In this document: piece after piece, positions 9,154 to 20,260 of the stretch
How positions within the stretch are numbered: position 1 is the stretch's first letter
How the letters are laid out: each line of letters starts with the position of its first letter
Assembly (NCBI GenBank): GCA_963742075.1
Contig: CAVUKR010000003.1
Location: 4,248-68,247, forward strand
DNA length: 64,000 nt
Reading direction: 5' to 3'
Source: an uncultured Chloroflexia bacterium
Lineage (GTDB): Bacteria > Chloroflexota > Limnocylindria > Limnocylindrales > CSP1-4
Made by a program: the position numbers and the translations under genes
The notes under the pieces: generated by a model
Databases searched by the model: none
What the model was told of the DNA's origin: nothing
Seen by the model: the letters and a program-made list of their open reading frames with translations, nothing else

Positions 9154-10000
9154 ATGCCGACGGTCCTTTCCTACTGACGACGAGTGGCGGTCGAGGTGCC
9201 GTCCAGCTGGGCCCTTCGGGCGTCGAGAACGTCGCGACCAACCGCGAGGACGGGACCGTGATGCTGTTTCGCGCCGGCCATCCCGCCCATGCGCCAGGTG
9301 TCGGTCCCGAGTTGCTGACCTCGGTCGCCACGACGTCTCACCTCACGCTGCTTCCGCCGTCGGGCACCAAACGCGGCCTGGTCTACCTCGCCCAGCCGCC
9401 CGAGGCGCCATTGTTCCGCGACACGCCCGGAGGGATCCTCGAGCATGGCGAGGTCCCGTCGGGGACGCTGCCGACCCGCGATGAAGCGGCCGACTGCGCC
9501 ACGCTTCCCGTGGGCGCCCACCGCTGGCTGGACCCCGCGGTCGCAGCCGACGCGCTCGCGATAGAGCGGACCGCTCTCGCCCCACTGCGCAGGGACCGGA
9601 TCCCGCCCGAGCCTGCCCTGGCTGTCGCGCTCCAGGAGTCGGGTGCGCTCACCACACCTCAGGGGTTCGTGATCGAGGCCAGCGCCTCACAGCGCTCCCA
9701 GATCACGATTGCGTCGGTGCCCGGCGCGGACCCGTCCGCGCTCGTGCTAACAGATGTCCGGGGTCCCTCGCCGCGGCCCTCCAGGCCGACCAGGCGTTCC
9801 TCGTCGTCGCCGATCCGTCCGTCTTCTTCGACTTCGGGTCCATCCGGTACCAGCTCCGGGAGCAGCAGATCGACCGCCTCCGGCTGCCGCCATCGGTCCG
9901 CGCTGGGCTGACGGACACGCCGGAGGCGCGCAAGAAACGACGCCAGAGAAGAGGTGCTTTGGTCGGGGCGAGAGGAGTGGAGCCGAGGCTATTCAGGTGA
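9154..10000 (+). CDS. hypothetical protein, apparently spread over three frames
   Basis: AAAGGAG is followed 6 nt later by an ATG at 9154, but that frame stops after 7 codons. The body is in the frame of ORF 9018-9911. The 3' part (about 9745-10000) has about 97% GC3 in another + frame (SLAAALQADQAFLVVADPSVFFDFGSIRYQLREQQIDRL...). Confidence 0.35.
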
Positions 10001-10212
10001 CTGTCCACATCGCGACGCGGCGCTCGGCCACGACGATCCACGCGAGCTGATGATCTCCCCCGCTTAGGTTCGAAGACAACGCCCACGTAGGGTGCGGGAG
10101 CCTTCTATCCGGCCCTCGGAGCTCGCACTCGCTAGCGTCGCTCCCGACAATGGTCGGCGACTCTCGATGCTCTTGGGAATGGCCGCACATCGGCGCGAGA
10201 CTGGGAAAACGC

Positions 10213-11379
10213 TCAGTTCGCGGGCGCTGTCATCACGAACACACGCCCGCTCGATGCGACGAAGGCCGTCCGACCGTCGGCGGCGATCGCCGAGCCGGCC
10301 CCTTCGGCGGGCTTGAACGACGGGGAGCGGGCGCCCGTACTCGCCTCCACGACCTCGGCCGAGCCGTCGACGCCCACGGACCAGAGGAGCCCGTCCCCGA
10401 CTGCGATCGCAGCCGGCGCGGGGATCGGGCCGAGCTCGGTGAGCTTCCCGCCGTCATCCACGAGGAACAGCCGGTAGTCCCCCGGATGCTCCGCGACCGC
10501 GAGCCAGATTTCCGTTCCGGCGGTAACGAGCGGGTCGATTCCGACGCCGGGGAGGGCGGAGATGGTCAGCGCGTGGTCCGCCGAAAGCGACATCCTGGCG
10601 AGGATGTACTCCCCTGCGCCATTGTCGCCCTCAGCCCCGACGACGGCCCATACAGCAGATGGCGAGGCCGCGAGCGACCCCGGCGGCCGCCCGCCGAGGG
10701 GGAACGACTGTTTCTCGGCGAGGGTCTGGTCGTCGTATGCGCTGACGCTCCCGCCGGCGCCGACGATCCAGACGAGCCCCGGGGTGTGGACGACCGCATC
10801 GGCGGGGTCGGCAAGACGCGTGTCCGCCAGGACGCGGAGCGTGGCCGCGTCGATCCGCTCCAGTCGCCCGACGCGAGCCTGGCCAGCCGCGCTCCCTTCG
10901 GGAACGCCCTCGACGACGAACACTGCAGACCCGGACGCGGCGATGGCGACGGGGGCCGGGCCTGCCGGGGCTCGTCTCGCCACGCCGTCCGCGGCCAGGA
11001 ATCCGATCGAACCGCCGGTCGGCTCCTGGGTGACGAACCACGCCCCGCCGGTAGCTCCCGTCATCGACCGCACCCCGGGCAGGGCGAAGGAGGCCCGGAT
11101 AGACGGACGCGACAGCGCCGCTGCTGTCGGCGACGGCCGCACGCTGGCCGATGACTTCGGGAGAGTCGGGGGCGCCGTGATGGCCCCCGACGGCGACCCG
11201 CTGGCCGCGCTGGCGGACGACGTCGGCGGGGGGGCGGGAGCACACCCGCTCAGCGCGACGGCGCCGCTCAACAAAGCGCATGCGAGTGCGCCGTTCCGAC
11301 TCGGCATCGATCCGGCGGCCGCGAGTCGGCCGCCGGGGATCACGCGCCGGCTGCGAACGGGGAGGAACAGCCCGGACAT
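10213..11379 (-). CDS. lipoprotein with beta-propeller-like repeats
   Basis: ORF 10213-11439. Start taken at MSGLF (an alternative is MPSRNG at 11307). Lipobox ALLSGAVALSGC, S/A/P-rich linker, then repeated V.V.G/AVWAV strands. Confidence 0.7.
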   Translation of the reverse strand: MSGLFLPVRSRRVIPGGRLAAAGSMPSRNGALACALLSGAVALSGCAPAPPPTSSASAASGSPSGAITAPPTLPKSSASVRPSPTAAALSRPSIRASFALPGVRSMTGATGGAWFVTQEPTGGSIGFLAADGVARRAPAGPAPVAIAASGSAVFVVEGVPEGSAAGQARVGRLERIDAATLRVLADTRLADPADAVVHTPGLVWIVGAGGSVSAYDDQTLAEKQSFPLGGRPPGSLAASPSAVWAVVGAEGDNGAGEYILARMSLSADHALTISALPGVGIDPLVTAGTEIWLAVAEHPGDYRLFLVDDGGKLTELGPIPAPAAIAVGDGLLWSVGVDGSAEVVEASTGARSPSFKPAEGAGSAIAADGRTAFVASSGRVFVMTAPAN

Positions 11380-11392
11380 GGTCCGGGCAACC

Positions 11393-11989
11393 TCATTGCA
11401 CCGGGGCGGTCGTGGGGTCGAAATTGACGGTGTGCCCATTGGAGTCCGCCAGCACGAGGATATTCGCGCTCGCGCTCACGATCTTGAGCGGCCCGCTGGT
11501 GCCCGACGGGGTGAAGAGGACGGAGGCGACCGGGGCCGTGTCGTCCACGGCCCCGCCGGAACCCGGCCTACTGATGACGAACACCAGGCCGGCGCCCGTG
11601 TCGTCAGTCGCATAGCCGGCCCAGACCATCATGTACGTCGTGTCGCTGGTCCAGCCGGCCCACGCGTTCGTCGGCGTGAACTGCTGCCCGCTGACCGGGG
11701 CATTGAGCGTGCCGAGCATTCCGACCGGAGCCTGCTCCGCCGCCACGGCCGTGTTGACGGCGGGGCGGCCCGGATCGGCCGCCTTGTTCCCTCGCGGCGC
11801 GGTCAGCTGGCGCTGGCGCTGGGCGTCCGCGATCGCCTGCTTGTCCGCCGGCAGGTCGCTCGTCCCGGCGGACGCGCTGGGAGCGGGGCTGGGTGCAGGG
11901 GCGCCTGCCACGATCTGGCTCACGGCTACCGCCGCCAGGAGGACGCTGGCCAGGGAGGCCGCCGTTGCCGCGCGAATGGGATACCGCAT
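11393..11989 (-). CDS. secreted hypothetical protein
   Basis: 198-aa ORF with signal peptide MRYPIRAATAASLASVLLAAVAVSQIVAG. No family recognised. Confidence 0.7.
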   Translation of the reverse strand: MRYPIRAATAASLASVLLAAVAVSQIVAGAPAPSPAPSASAGTSDLPADKQAIADAQRQRQLTAPRGNKAADPGRPAVNTAVAAEQAPVGMLGTLNAPVSGQQFTPTNAWAGWTSDTTYMMVWAGYATDDTGAGLVFVISRPGSGGAVDDTAPVASVLFTPSGTSGPLKIVSASANILVLADSNGHTVNFDPTTAPVQ

Positions 11990-12001
11990 GGCTGTTCCCC
12001 C

Positions 12002-12730
12002 TCAGTGGTACTGGATCTTGGCGGCCCACCGCAGAGACGACAGGGCGGTAGCCGCGTCGGCCGCACAACGGTTCACGAGGTCCGTCCACGCGCTCGAAGG
12101 CGAATACCCGGTGGTCGTGGACATGGCCCCGGCGAACGAGAACTTAGAGAGGGCGTTCAGCGTGGCCCACTTGCTGATCTGCTGCCACTCCTTCGCCTGG
12201 GCGTCAATGTAGATCTCCGGGACCGACCACGCGTACGAGAGTTGCCACCCGACGTAGTACTCGTCGTTCTGGTGCCAGCCGTTGTTGCAGGGGCCGGCCG
12301 CCTTCACGGTGCCGGACTGCGGGCAGCCGTCGGCGGAGCCGTTGTCGTAGTACACGTACGAGGCCGCGGAGTTGTAGTGCGACGCCCAGCTCCTCGCCGT
12401 CGTCGTCGTGCCCCAGCTGGGCTCGATGTCCACGCCGCCGACGGCCGTGGCCTGGGAGGCGTACCCGCCGCTGGAGATGTCGCTGTTCGCGCCTGTGATC
12501 ATGTTCGCCCATGCGGTGCCGAATGCGGCGATCTCGCTGTCGGTCATGCCGCACGTCTTGCAGAAGTTGGCATAGTTGTTAGTCCCGAGGGCGACGCTCA
12601 GCCTGGCGGAGAGGTTGCTCGCGGTACATACCCAGAACCCGTGCACCGCCGCCGCCGGTCTCGGCGGTCTGGCAAGATACGCTTGCCCGTAGCATAGGCG
12701 AGTCGTCAAGTAATCATTGACCAGTCCCAT
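12002..12730 (-). CDS. hypothetical Cys/Trp/Tyr-rich protein, possibly N-terminally truncated
   Basis: 242-aa ORF (..NNGWHQNDEYYVGWQLSYAWSVPEIYIDAQAKEWQQISKW..). Visibly lower GC than its neighbours. No signal peptide at the annotated start. The upstream DNA is a transposase remnant. Confidence 0.55.
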   Translation of the reverse strand: MGLVNDYLTTRLCYGQAYLARPPRPAAAVHGFWVCTASNLSARLSVALGTNNYANFCKTCGMTDSEIAAFGTAWANMITGANSDISSGGYASQATAVGGVDIEPSWGTTTTARSWASHYNSAASYVYYDNGSADGCPQSGTVKAAGPCNNGWHQNDEYYVGWQLSYAWSVPEIYIDAQAKEWQQISKWATLNALSKFSFAGAMSTTTGYSPSSAWTDLVNRCAADAATALSSLRWAAKIQYH

Positions 12731-12789
12731 GGGGACGAGGCAGACGATCCGCTGGACAGCTGACCCACGTGCTCGCAGTAGAACTGGTC

Positions 12790-13190
12790 GGTGGCCCGGG
12801 CCGCCGCCGTCCTGCGGCTGTCGGCGCGCCAGGTCGACCGTCTCGCCCGGCGGTTCCCGGGAGGAGGGTGCGGCCGCCCTGGTTCATGGCAATCAACGGC
12901 CGGACGGCCAATCGAACGGATCCGGCGATCCGCGCTCGGCTGGTCTAATGGCAGTCCATGAAGAGATTGACCTGACTGCTCGCACTCACGCTGATGTGGT
13001 CCACCGCGTGCATGTCGAGGGTCGCGCGTCAGATTCGGCAAGCGCGGCTTGGCTCCTCGCGAGCTGCGGAGATCGCGTGAACGTCGCTCGCTTCTTGAAG
13101 GGGAGCGGTCGCCTGACACGTGGTAACGCGATCGTCAATGTGGGACGGCCAAGCCCGGATCCCGCTTGGCGGATGGAGATGAGGAAGCCT
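12790..13190 (+). mobile_element. degraded transposase N-terminal (HTH) fragment, no catalytic domain
   Basis: Piecing frames together gives LSARQVDRLARRF / REEGAAALVHGNQ / RTANRTDPAIRARLV / GLAPRELRRSRERRS. This resembles the HTH-linker region of IS481/ISNCY-type transposases, but it is broken by stops and frameshifts. Confidence 0.45.
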
Positions 13191-13221
13191 CCATTACCGA
13201 GCCTAGAACGTCGGTCGCTAA

Positions 13222-13284
13222 CCGGAGTCAGGTGCGTATGTCCGGAAGAGTCAGGCGCACAAGTTGGGGTAGAGTCAGGCGCAC
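13222..13284. repeat. three spaced copies of GAGTCAGG(C/T)GC; the 14-mer AGAGTCAGGCGCAC is exact at 13247-13260 and 13271-13284
   Basis: Read directly from the sequence. The 12-mer AGAGTCAGGCGC also occurs inside tRNA-Gln at 13423-13434. Confidence 0.7.
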
Positions 13285-13381
13285 TTCGCATCTCCGAGCC
13301 TCCTTGGAGATGCCGTCCGTCACGCTCAAAACCACATCATCTGGTGGTCTGAACCCGGTCAGACCCCACAGCTTGCGGTGT

Positions 13382-13456
13382 TGGCTGGCGAGGAAGGATT
13401 CGAACCTTCGATCTCCTGATCCAGAGTCAGGCGCCTTACCGCTTGGCCACTCGCCA
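13382..13456 (-). tRNA. tRNA-Gln (anticodon CUG)
   Basis: Reverse complement is TGGCGAG TG GCCAAGCGGTAAGGC G CCTGA CTCTGGA TCAGG AGATC GAAGG TTCGAAT CCTTC CTCGCCA G CCA. This gives a 7-bp acceptor stem with U1-A72, G73 discriminator, encoded CCA and a GTTCGAATC T-loop. Confidence 0.9.
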
Positions 13457-13592
13457 GTGGAGCGGCGGCGATGATACCGCATCGAGCCGCAGGCCCCGGA
13501 GAGCGGGCGCCAGGCCTCGTTCGATGCGACCACGGCGGAGCAGCCTGACGGTACGTTCAGGTGGGCGACGGTCGCCGGCGATCGCTGCGAAG

Positions 13593-14432
13593 ATGGCCGC
13601 CATGGCATCATCGAGACCCGGGGTCCGGACCGCGCGCCTGTTCGTCCTGCTGCTCGTCGTGATGACGGCAACCGGCGTGGCCGCGACCGTCGTGTCGGCG
13701 AGTGCCCTCCCGTCGTGCCGCGTCACCGATCTCGCGACCGACCAGCTCACCTACACGGCCTGGGATCGGACGGTCCTCGATACGACGTATCGGCTGACGA
13801 GCGGGTACGCGCCGCACGACCTGCGATCGACGGCGAACGCGGGACTCAACGGCGGCCACAAGGTGCGTGCCTTCGTCATCGCCGACCTGCGCGCGATGGC
13901 CCGAGCCGCCCGAGCGGCGGGAGCCCGCCTCGCGGTCGAGTCGGCCTATCGCAGCTTCTCGAACCAGCGGGCGACGTTCTCCTACTGGACACGCATCGAG
14001 GGCTACGGCGCCGCGCTCAAGTCGAGCGCACGAGCCGGCCACAGCGAGCACCAGCTCGGGACCACGCTCGATTTCCGGAGCTACCGCGGGTCGCCTCCCT
14101 GGGACTACCGCGACTGGGGCAAGACGAGGGCCGGCACTTGGCTGCGCAACAACGCCTGGAAGTACGGCTTCGTGATGTCCTATCCGAAAGGGAAGTCGAG
14201 CGTCACCTGCTACGCGTACGAGCCGTGGCATTTCCGCTACGTCGGTCGAGCGACCGCGGCCGCGGTCCATGCCAGCGGCCTGACGCTCCGCCAGTATCTC
14301 TGGCTCGCGCAGACGACCCCGGCACCGACGCCGACCCCGACGCCCGTGGCGACACCGGACGCCACGCCGTCCGCCGACCCCACGCCTGTCGTGGACCCGA
14401 CGCCGGACGTCGATCCGACCCCGGCCTCCTAG
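13593..14432 (+). CDS. M15-family D-alanyl-D-alanine carboxypeptidase (VanY-like), secreted, with Pro/Thr-rich tail
   Basis: Internal ATG of ORF 13443-14432. Signal/TM segment LFVLLLVVMTATGVAA. Motifs ESAYRS, GHSEHQLGTTLD and EPWHFRYVG. C-terminal PTPTPTPV...DPTP linker. Confidence 0.8.
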   Translation: MAAMASSRPGVRTARLFVLLLVVMTATGVAATVVSASALPSCRVTDLATDQLTYTAWDRTVLDTTYRLTSGYAPHDLRSTANAGLNGGHKVRAFVIADLRAMARAARAAGARLAVESAYRSFSNQRATFSYWTRIEGYGAALKSSARAGHSEHQLGTTLDFRSYRGSPPWDYRDWGKTRAGTWLRNNAWKYGFVMSYPKGKSSVTCYAYEPWHFRYVGRATAAAVHASGLTLRQYLWLAQTTPAPTPTPTPVATPDATPSADPTPVVDPTPDVDPTPAS

Positions 14433-14546
14433 GTTCGGCGCCGCATCGGGTCCAACGGCTCTGGCTGCCGGTCGGCTCCGGGACGACACTGGCGCCGCAT
14501 CCCCGCCTGATCGGCGGAGCGTCGTCCAGACAAGGAGGAGTCGACG

Positions 14547-15029
14547 ATGGCGTACGAGATCATCACCCGAGAGGTCGCCGACCAGCGCGTGGTCTCCCTG
14601 CGTGGCCTCGTCACCCGGCCGGGCCTGTCGGCGTTCATCGGCTCGTCGTACGACGCCCTGATGGCGGGCCTCGGGCCGCTCGGCATCGCGCCGAACGGCG
14701 AGCCGCTCGTCATCTACCACGAGTGGAGCGAGGCGCGGATCGATGTCGAGGTCTGCCTCCCGGTCGGCACTGCGCACGCCATCCCGGGCGAGTTCGAGGA
14801 CCGTGTCGTTCCGGCGGCAACCGTGGCCCAGACGCTCCACGTCGGTCGATATGAGGAGCTCCCGGGCGCGTACCGGGCGCTCGAGACGTGGATCGCGGAC
14901 CACGGCTATGAGGAGGTCGGGCCGACGCGCGAACGCTACCTGGTCGGTCCCGGCTCCGATGCTCCGGAGACCGCGTACCGGACCCTGATCGAGACACCGG
15001 TCGCCAAGGCGCTCGTCACGGCCGGGTAG
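14547..15029 (+). CDS. GyrI-like small-molecule-binding domain protein
   Basis: 160-aa ORF preceded by AAGGAGGA. Typical GyrI-like layout (V.SLRG...H.G.Y..L...Y..L..W....G). Confidence 0.7.
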   Translation: MAYEIITREVADQRVVSLRGLVTRPGLSAFIGSSYDALMAGLGPLGIAPNGEPLVIYHEWSEARIDVEVCLPVGTAHAIPGEFEDRVVPAATVAQTLHVGRYEELPGAYRALETWIADHGYEEVGPTRERYLVGPGSDAPETAYRTLIETPVAKALVTAG

Positions 15030-15092
15030 GACCTCCACCCCTTCCGGGGGCTGGTGCCCGGGTCTACCATCGAGGTCGGCAGGAGGTGTGGC

Positions 15093-15302
15093 ATGGACGA
15101 GACCACCGTGATCGACGAGCGGGTCGAGGACGAAGTCGAGACGCAGGACCCGGGCTCGACCGTGGCGCTCGGCCCGGAAGGCTGGGAATCCGCCGACTAC
15201 ATCGATCCTGACGACGACTGGAATCTCCTGCCGGACGGTTCGTTCCTGTCCCCCGATGGGATGCTCCGGACGTGGCCGCTGGCGGGACCAGAGCCCGTCT
15301 GA
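15093..15302 (+). CDS. small acidic hypothetical protein (69 aa)
   Basis: AGGAGG lies 6 nt upstream of the ATG at 15093. The product is Asp/Glu-rich. Confidence 0.5.
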   Translation: MDETTVIDERVEDEVETQDPGSTVALGPEGWESADYIDPDDDWNLLPDGSFLSPDGMLRTWPLAGPEPV

Positions 15303-15412
15303 CCTCCGGCCGACACGGACGCTGCCCGACGGGGACCTCCGGGACCGTATGCTCGCGTCACGCTCGACCTGAGCGACCCGCACGGCGCGGCAGAGCAGGG
15401 AGGACGATCGTC

Positions 15413-16381
15413 GTGGCCCAGTTCGACCTGTCGATCGCCGAGCTGCGGGCCTACCAGCCGCAGCTAGACGTTCCCGCGGACCTCGACCGGTTCTGGGCGG
15501 ACACGCTCGCGGATGCCCGCTCGCACGACCTCGCCCCGACATTCACCGCGATCGACAACGGCCTCGCGGTCATCGACACGTTCGACGTGACCTACGCGGG
15601 CTACGGCGGGTCGCCGATCCGGGCGTGGCTGCACGTCCCGTCCGGGCGGGCTGGGCCGCTCCCCACGGTCGTCGAATTCGTCGGCTATGGCGGTGGGCGA
15701 GGCCTCGCCCACGAGCGGATCATGTGGGCCACCGCGGGCTATGCCCACCTCGTGATGGACACGCGCGGCCAGGGCTCGGGCTGGTCGGTCGGCGAGACCC
15801 CCGATCCGGAGCCGGCCGGCGCACCGGCGCACCCAGGGTTCATGACCCGCGGGATCCTCGATCCGGAGACGTATTACTACCGGCGTGTCTACGTGGACGC
15901 CGTGCGCGCCGTCGAGGCGGTCCGCAGCCACGACCTCGTCGACCCGGGTCGGGTGGCGGTCACCGGGGGGAGCCAGGGCGGCGGCCTGAGCATCGCCGTC
16001 GCGGCCCTGCTCCCCGATGTCGCCGCGGCCATGCCCGAAGTCCCGTTCCTGAGCGACTTCCCGCGGGCGATCACGCTTCTCGACGCGGACCCGTACGGCG
16101 AGATCGCGCGCTACCTCAAGGTGCATCGCGACCACGTCGAGCGGGTGATGCGCACCCTGTCATACGTCGACGTGGCGATCCTTGGCCGTCGTGCGACGGC
16201 CCCGGCGCTGTTCTCGGTGGGGTTGATGGACGAGATCAGCCCGCCATCCACGGTCTTTGCCGCCTACAACGCCTACGGCGGCCCCAAGGAGATCCGCGAA
16301 TACCCGTACAACGAGCACGAGGGCGGGCAGGGGTTCCACGACGTGGCGAGACTCCGCTGGCTCCGCGAACGGCTGATCTGA
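15413..16381 (+). CDS. acetylxylan esterase / cephalosporin-C deacetylase (CE7 family)
   Basis: GTG start after GGGAGGA within ORF 15272-16381. FDLSIAELRAYQP..., GYGGGRG, MDTRGQG, nucleophile elbow GGSQGG, and C-terminal YPYNEHEGG. Confidence 0.85.
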   Translation: MAQFDLSIAELRAYQPQLDVPADLDRFWADTLADARSHDLAPTFTAIDNGLAVIDTFDVTYAGYGGSPIRAWLHVPSGRAGPLPTVVEFVGYGGGRGLAHERIMWATAGYAHLVMDTRGQGSGWSVGETPDPEPAGAPAHPGFMTRGILDPETYYYRRVYVDAVRAVEAVRSHDLVDPGRVAVTGGSQGGGLSIAVAALLPDVAAAMPEVPFLSDFPRAITLLDADPYGEIARYLKVHRDHVERVMRTLSYVDVAILGRRATAPALFSVGLMDEISPPSTVFAAYNAYGGPKEIREYPYNEHEGGQGFHDVARLRWLRERLI

Positions 16382-16398
16382 GCGGTCGGGCGTGTCGG

Positions 16399-17504
16399 CT
16401 ACCGGCTGACGCCTCGCGTGGATCCTTCGACCGCCGCGCTCCACCGGTGGTCGTCCCTGGAGCCGAGCGCCTCCTCGAGGATCACGGCCAGCTGGTCCCA
16501 TTCGACCAGGAACGCGTCGTGCCCCTTGGACGAGCGGATCTCGCGATAGCTCGCCTCGACGCCGAGGCCGCGCGCGCCCTCGACGAGGGCGTGGACCTGG
16601 CGTGGGCCGTACAGGATGTCGTCCTCGATGCCGACGCCCGTCAGCCGCGTCCCGCCGTCCGCGAGGCGCGCGAACGCGCCGTCGAGCCCGCCCCACCCGG
16701 CGCCGATGTCGTGGCGGTCCATCGCGCCCGCCAGGATCCGATAGGTCGCCGGGTCGAACCGGTCGACCAGCTTGCGGCCCTGGTGGTCGAGGTAGCTGAC
16801 GACCGATGGCTGGCCGTCCGCCTCGGTCGAGCGGCCGAAGCGCTCCTCGAAGTCGGCTTCGCTCCGGTACGTCGTCATCGCCAGCTGGCGGGCAAGGGCG
16901 AGGCCGTCGAGACCGAGCCGGTCGATGAGCTCGACCTGGAGGTGGTTCCAGGCGACGGCCATCGGGCCGGTCGCGGCGGGAGCCGCGATCGGCATCACGG
17001 TCCGGACGGCATCCGGCCGGGCGAGCGCGACCTCGAGCGCCACCATCCCGCCGAGCGAGCCACCGACGACGAGCGCGAGGCGATCGATCCCGAGCGCGTC
17101 GAGCAGCCGCCACTGGGCGCGTGCCTGGTCGCGCGTCGAGACGCCCGGGAAGCCGGCGCCGTACGGGCGGCCGGTCCGTGGATCGAGCGAGGTGGCGCCG
17201 GTCGTCCCGTACCGACCGCCGAGGAGGTTCGCGGCGAGCACTCCGACCCGCTCGGTGTCGAGCGCACGGCCCGGCCCGATCAGCGGCTCCCACCAGTCGC
17301 CAGCCGCGTCGGCCGATCCGGTCAGCGCGTGGACGACGAGGACCTGCGGCCCCTGGTCGGGGCCCGGACCGTCGTGCCGGTACGCGACGGTCAGTCCCGG
17401 CAGGCTCGTGCCGTCGTCGAGCTCGAACGGGCCGAGCGCGACCGATTCGAGGCGGCCGGTCCCGGTCGGGGACCAGCCTCCTCGATCGCACGGGATCGTG
17501 CCAC
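16399..17504 (-). CDS. metX: homoserine O-acetyltransferase (start unresolved; probable frameshift near the 5' end)
   Basis: ORF 16399-17241 is MetX-like (GGSLGGM, SYLDHQG, KGHDAFL). The same frame continues upstream as GRLESVALGPFELDDG...VAYRHDG...VLVVHALTGSADAAGDWWEPLIGPGRALDT, but it has no in-frame ATG/GTG/TTG. Confidence 0.8.
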
Positions 17505-17536
17505 CGTGGTCGCCCCCGTCGGCCGGATCCCGACCG

Positions 17537-19112
<1,576 letters not shown>

Positions 19113-19231
19113 GCATACACATCTTCCAGGAGACTTGGGTGTGGGTCACGGTCCCGGCATGGTGCCCAAAACTCCGTGACCCGTCAACCATCGCGACCGA
19201 AACGCAACGTTGCTCGCCGTCGCGACCTACG

Positions 19232-20242
19232 ATGGTCGTGATGTCCGGCATCCCCGCCACGTTCCGCGCGTACGTCGCCGAGAAGGTCGGCGACGCGGTC
19301 GAGCGCGGCGTCCGGCCGTTCCGCGAGACGGGACTGCCGCCCGGCGAGGTCGAGGTCCGGGTCGAGTGGTCGAGCGTCAACTACAAGGACGGGCTGGCCA
19401 CCCGCGCCGACGGCAAGGTCGCCCGGATCAGCCCGCTCATCCCGGGCATCGACCTGGCCGGCGAGGTCGTGGCGAGCGACGACCCCACGATCCGGGTCGG
19501 CGAGGCCGTGCTCGCCCACGGCTACGAGCTGGGCGTGTCGAGGCACGGTGGCTTCAGCGAGTACCAGCGCGTGCCGGCCGGCTGGGTCGTGCCGCTCGCG
19601 CCCGGGTTCTCGCCGCGCGACGCGATGGCGGTCGGCACGGCCGGGTTCACGGCGGCGATGTCGGTGGTGGCGCTCGAGGACCGTGGACTCTCACCGGCCG
19701 ACGGGCCCGTCCTCGTCACGGGAGCGTCCGGCGGGGTCGGCGGCACGGCCGTCGCGATCCTGGCCGACCGTGGCTACGAGGTCTGGGCGGCGACCGGCAA
19801 GCCCGACGAGGCTGCGCGGCTGCGGACGCTGGGGGCGGCCGGGATCCTGGCACGCGACGAGGTGACCGGCGAGGGCCGGCCGCTCGAATCGGAACGGTGG
19901 GCGGGTGCCGTCGATGCCGTCGGCGCGGCGACGCTCCCGTACGTGCTGCGGACCCTGCGGACCGGCGCGGCCGTCGCCGCCTCGGGGAACGCGGGCGGCG
20001 CCAAGCTCGAGACCACCGTCTTCCCGTTCATCCTGCGGGGCGTCGCGCTGCTCGGGATGGATTCGGTGAACATGCCGATCGCGCGACGCCGGGAGCTCTG
20101 GGACCGCATCGCCACGGACCTTCGGCCCCGTGAATTGGGGGTGCACGCCACGGAGGTCACCCTCGACGGGCTGGACGAGGCGCTCGATGGCATCGTGGCG
20201 GGCGCCGCCAGGGGTCGGTGGATCGTGCGGATCGCGGAGTAG
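19232..20242 (+). CDS. YhdH/AcuI-type MDR oxidoreductase (NADPH:quinone / acrylyl-CoA reductase-like)
   Basis: Internal ATG of ORF 19139-20242. VEWSSVNYKDGLA, GIDLAGEV, VLVTGASGGVGGTAV. Confidence 0.8.
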   Translation: MVVMSGIPATFRAYVAEKVGDAVERGVRPFRETGLPPGEVEVRVEWSSVNYKDGLATRADGKVARISPLIPGIDLAGEVVASDDPTIRVGEAVLAHGYELGVSRHGGFSEYQRVPAGWVVPLAPGFSPRDAMAVGTAGFTAAMSVVALEDRGLSPADGPVLVTGASGGVGGTAVAILADRGYEVWAATGKPDEAARLRTLGAAGILARDEVTGEGRPLESERWAGAVDAVGAATLPYVLRTLRTGAAVAASGNAGGAKLETTVFPFILRGVALLGMDSVNMPIARRRELWDRIATDLRPRELGVHATEVTLDGLDEALDGIVAGAARGRWIVRIAE

Positions 20243-20260
20243 GCGGTCGACTCGGCGCGC

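Noticed and set aside
13222-13456. Classical attL/attR of an integrated element at tRNA-Gln.
   Set aside because: There is no integrase gene. The repeated segment matches the 5' half of the tRNA (anticodon-stem side), not the 3' half that tRNA-targeting integration duplicates. It is kept as an unexplained repeat rather than called as att sites.
13608-15542. Very long ORFs with Arg/Pro/Gly/Asp-rich translations. Examples: 13608-15542 (-, 644 aa), 10562-12697 (+, 711 aa), 15625-17733 (+, 702 aa), 30516-32423 (+, 635 aa), 35926-37860 (-, 644 aa), 39236-41215 (-, 659 aa) and 53643-55481 (-, 612 aa).
   Set aside because: They run antisense or out of frame to genes with clear conserved motifs. Their compositions are low-complexity, typical of non-coding frames in 70% GC DNA, and they lack any recognisable domain. 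Stop codons are simply rare in such sequence.
16382-16398. A terminator hairpin between the convergent esterase and metX genes, and similar short GC palindromes after other genes (for example 15030-15060).
   Set aside because: The stems are short and imperfect, with no U-tract. They are not distinguishable from background palindromes in GC-rich DNA.
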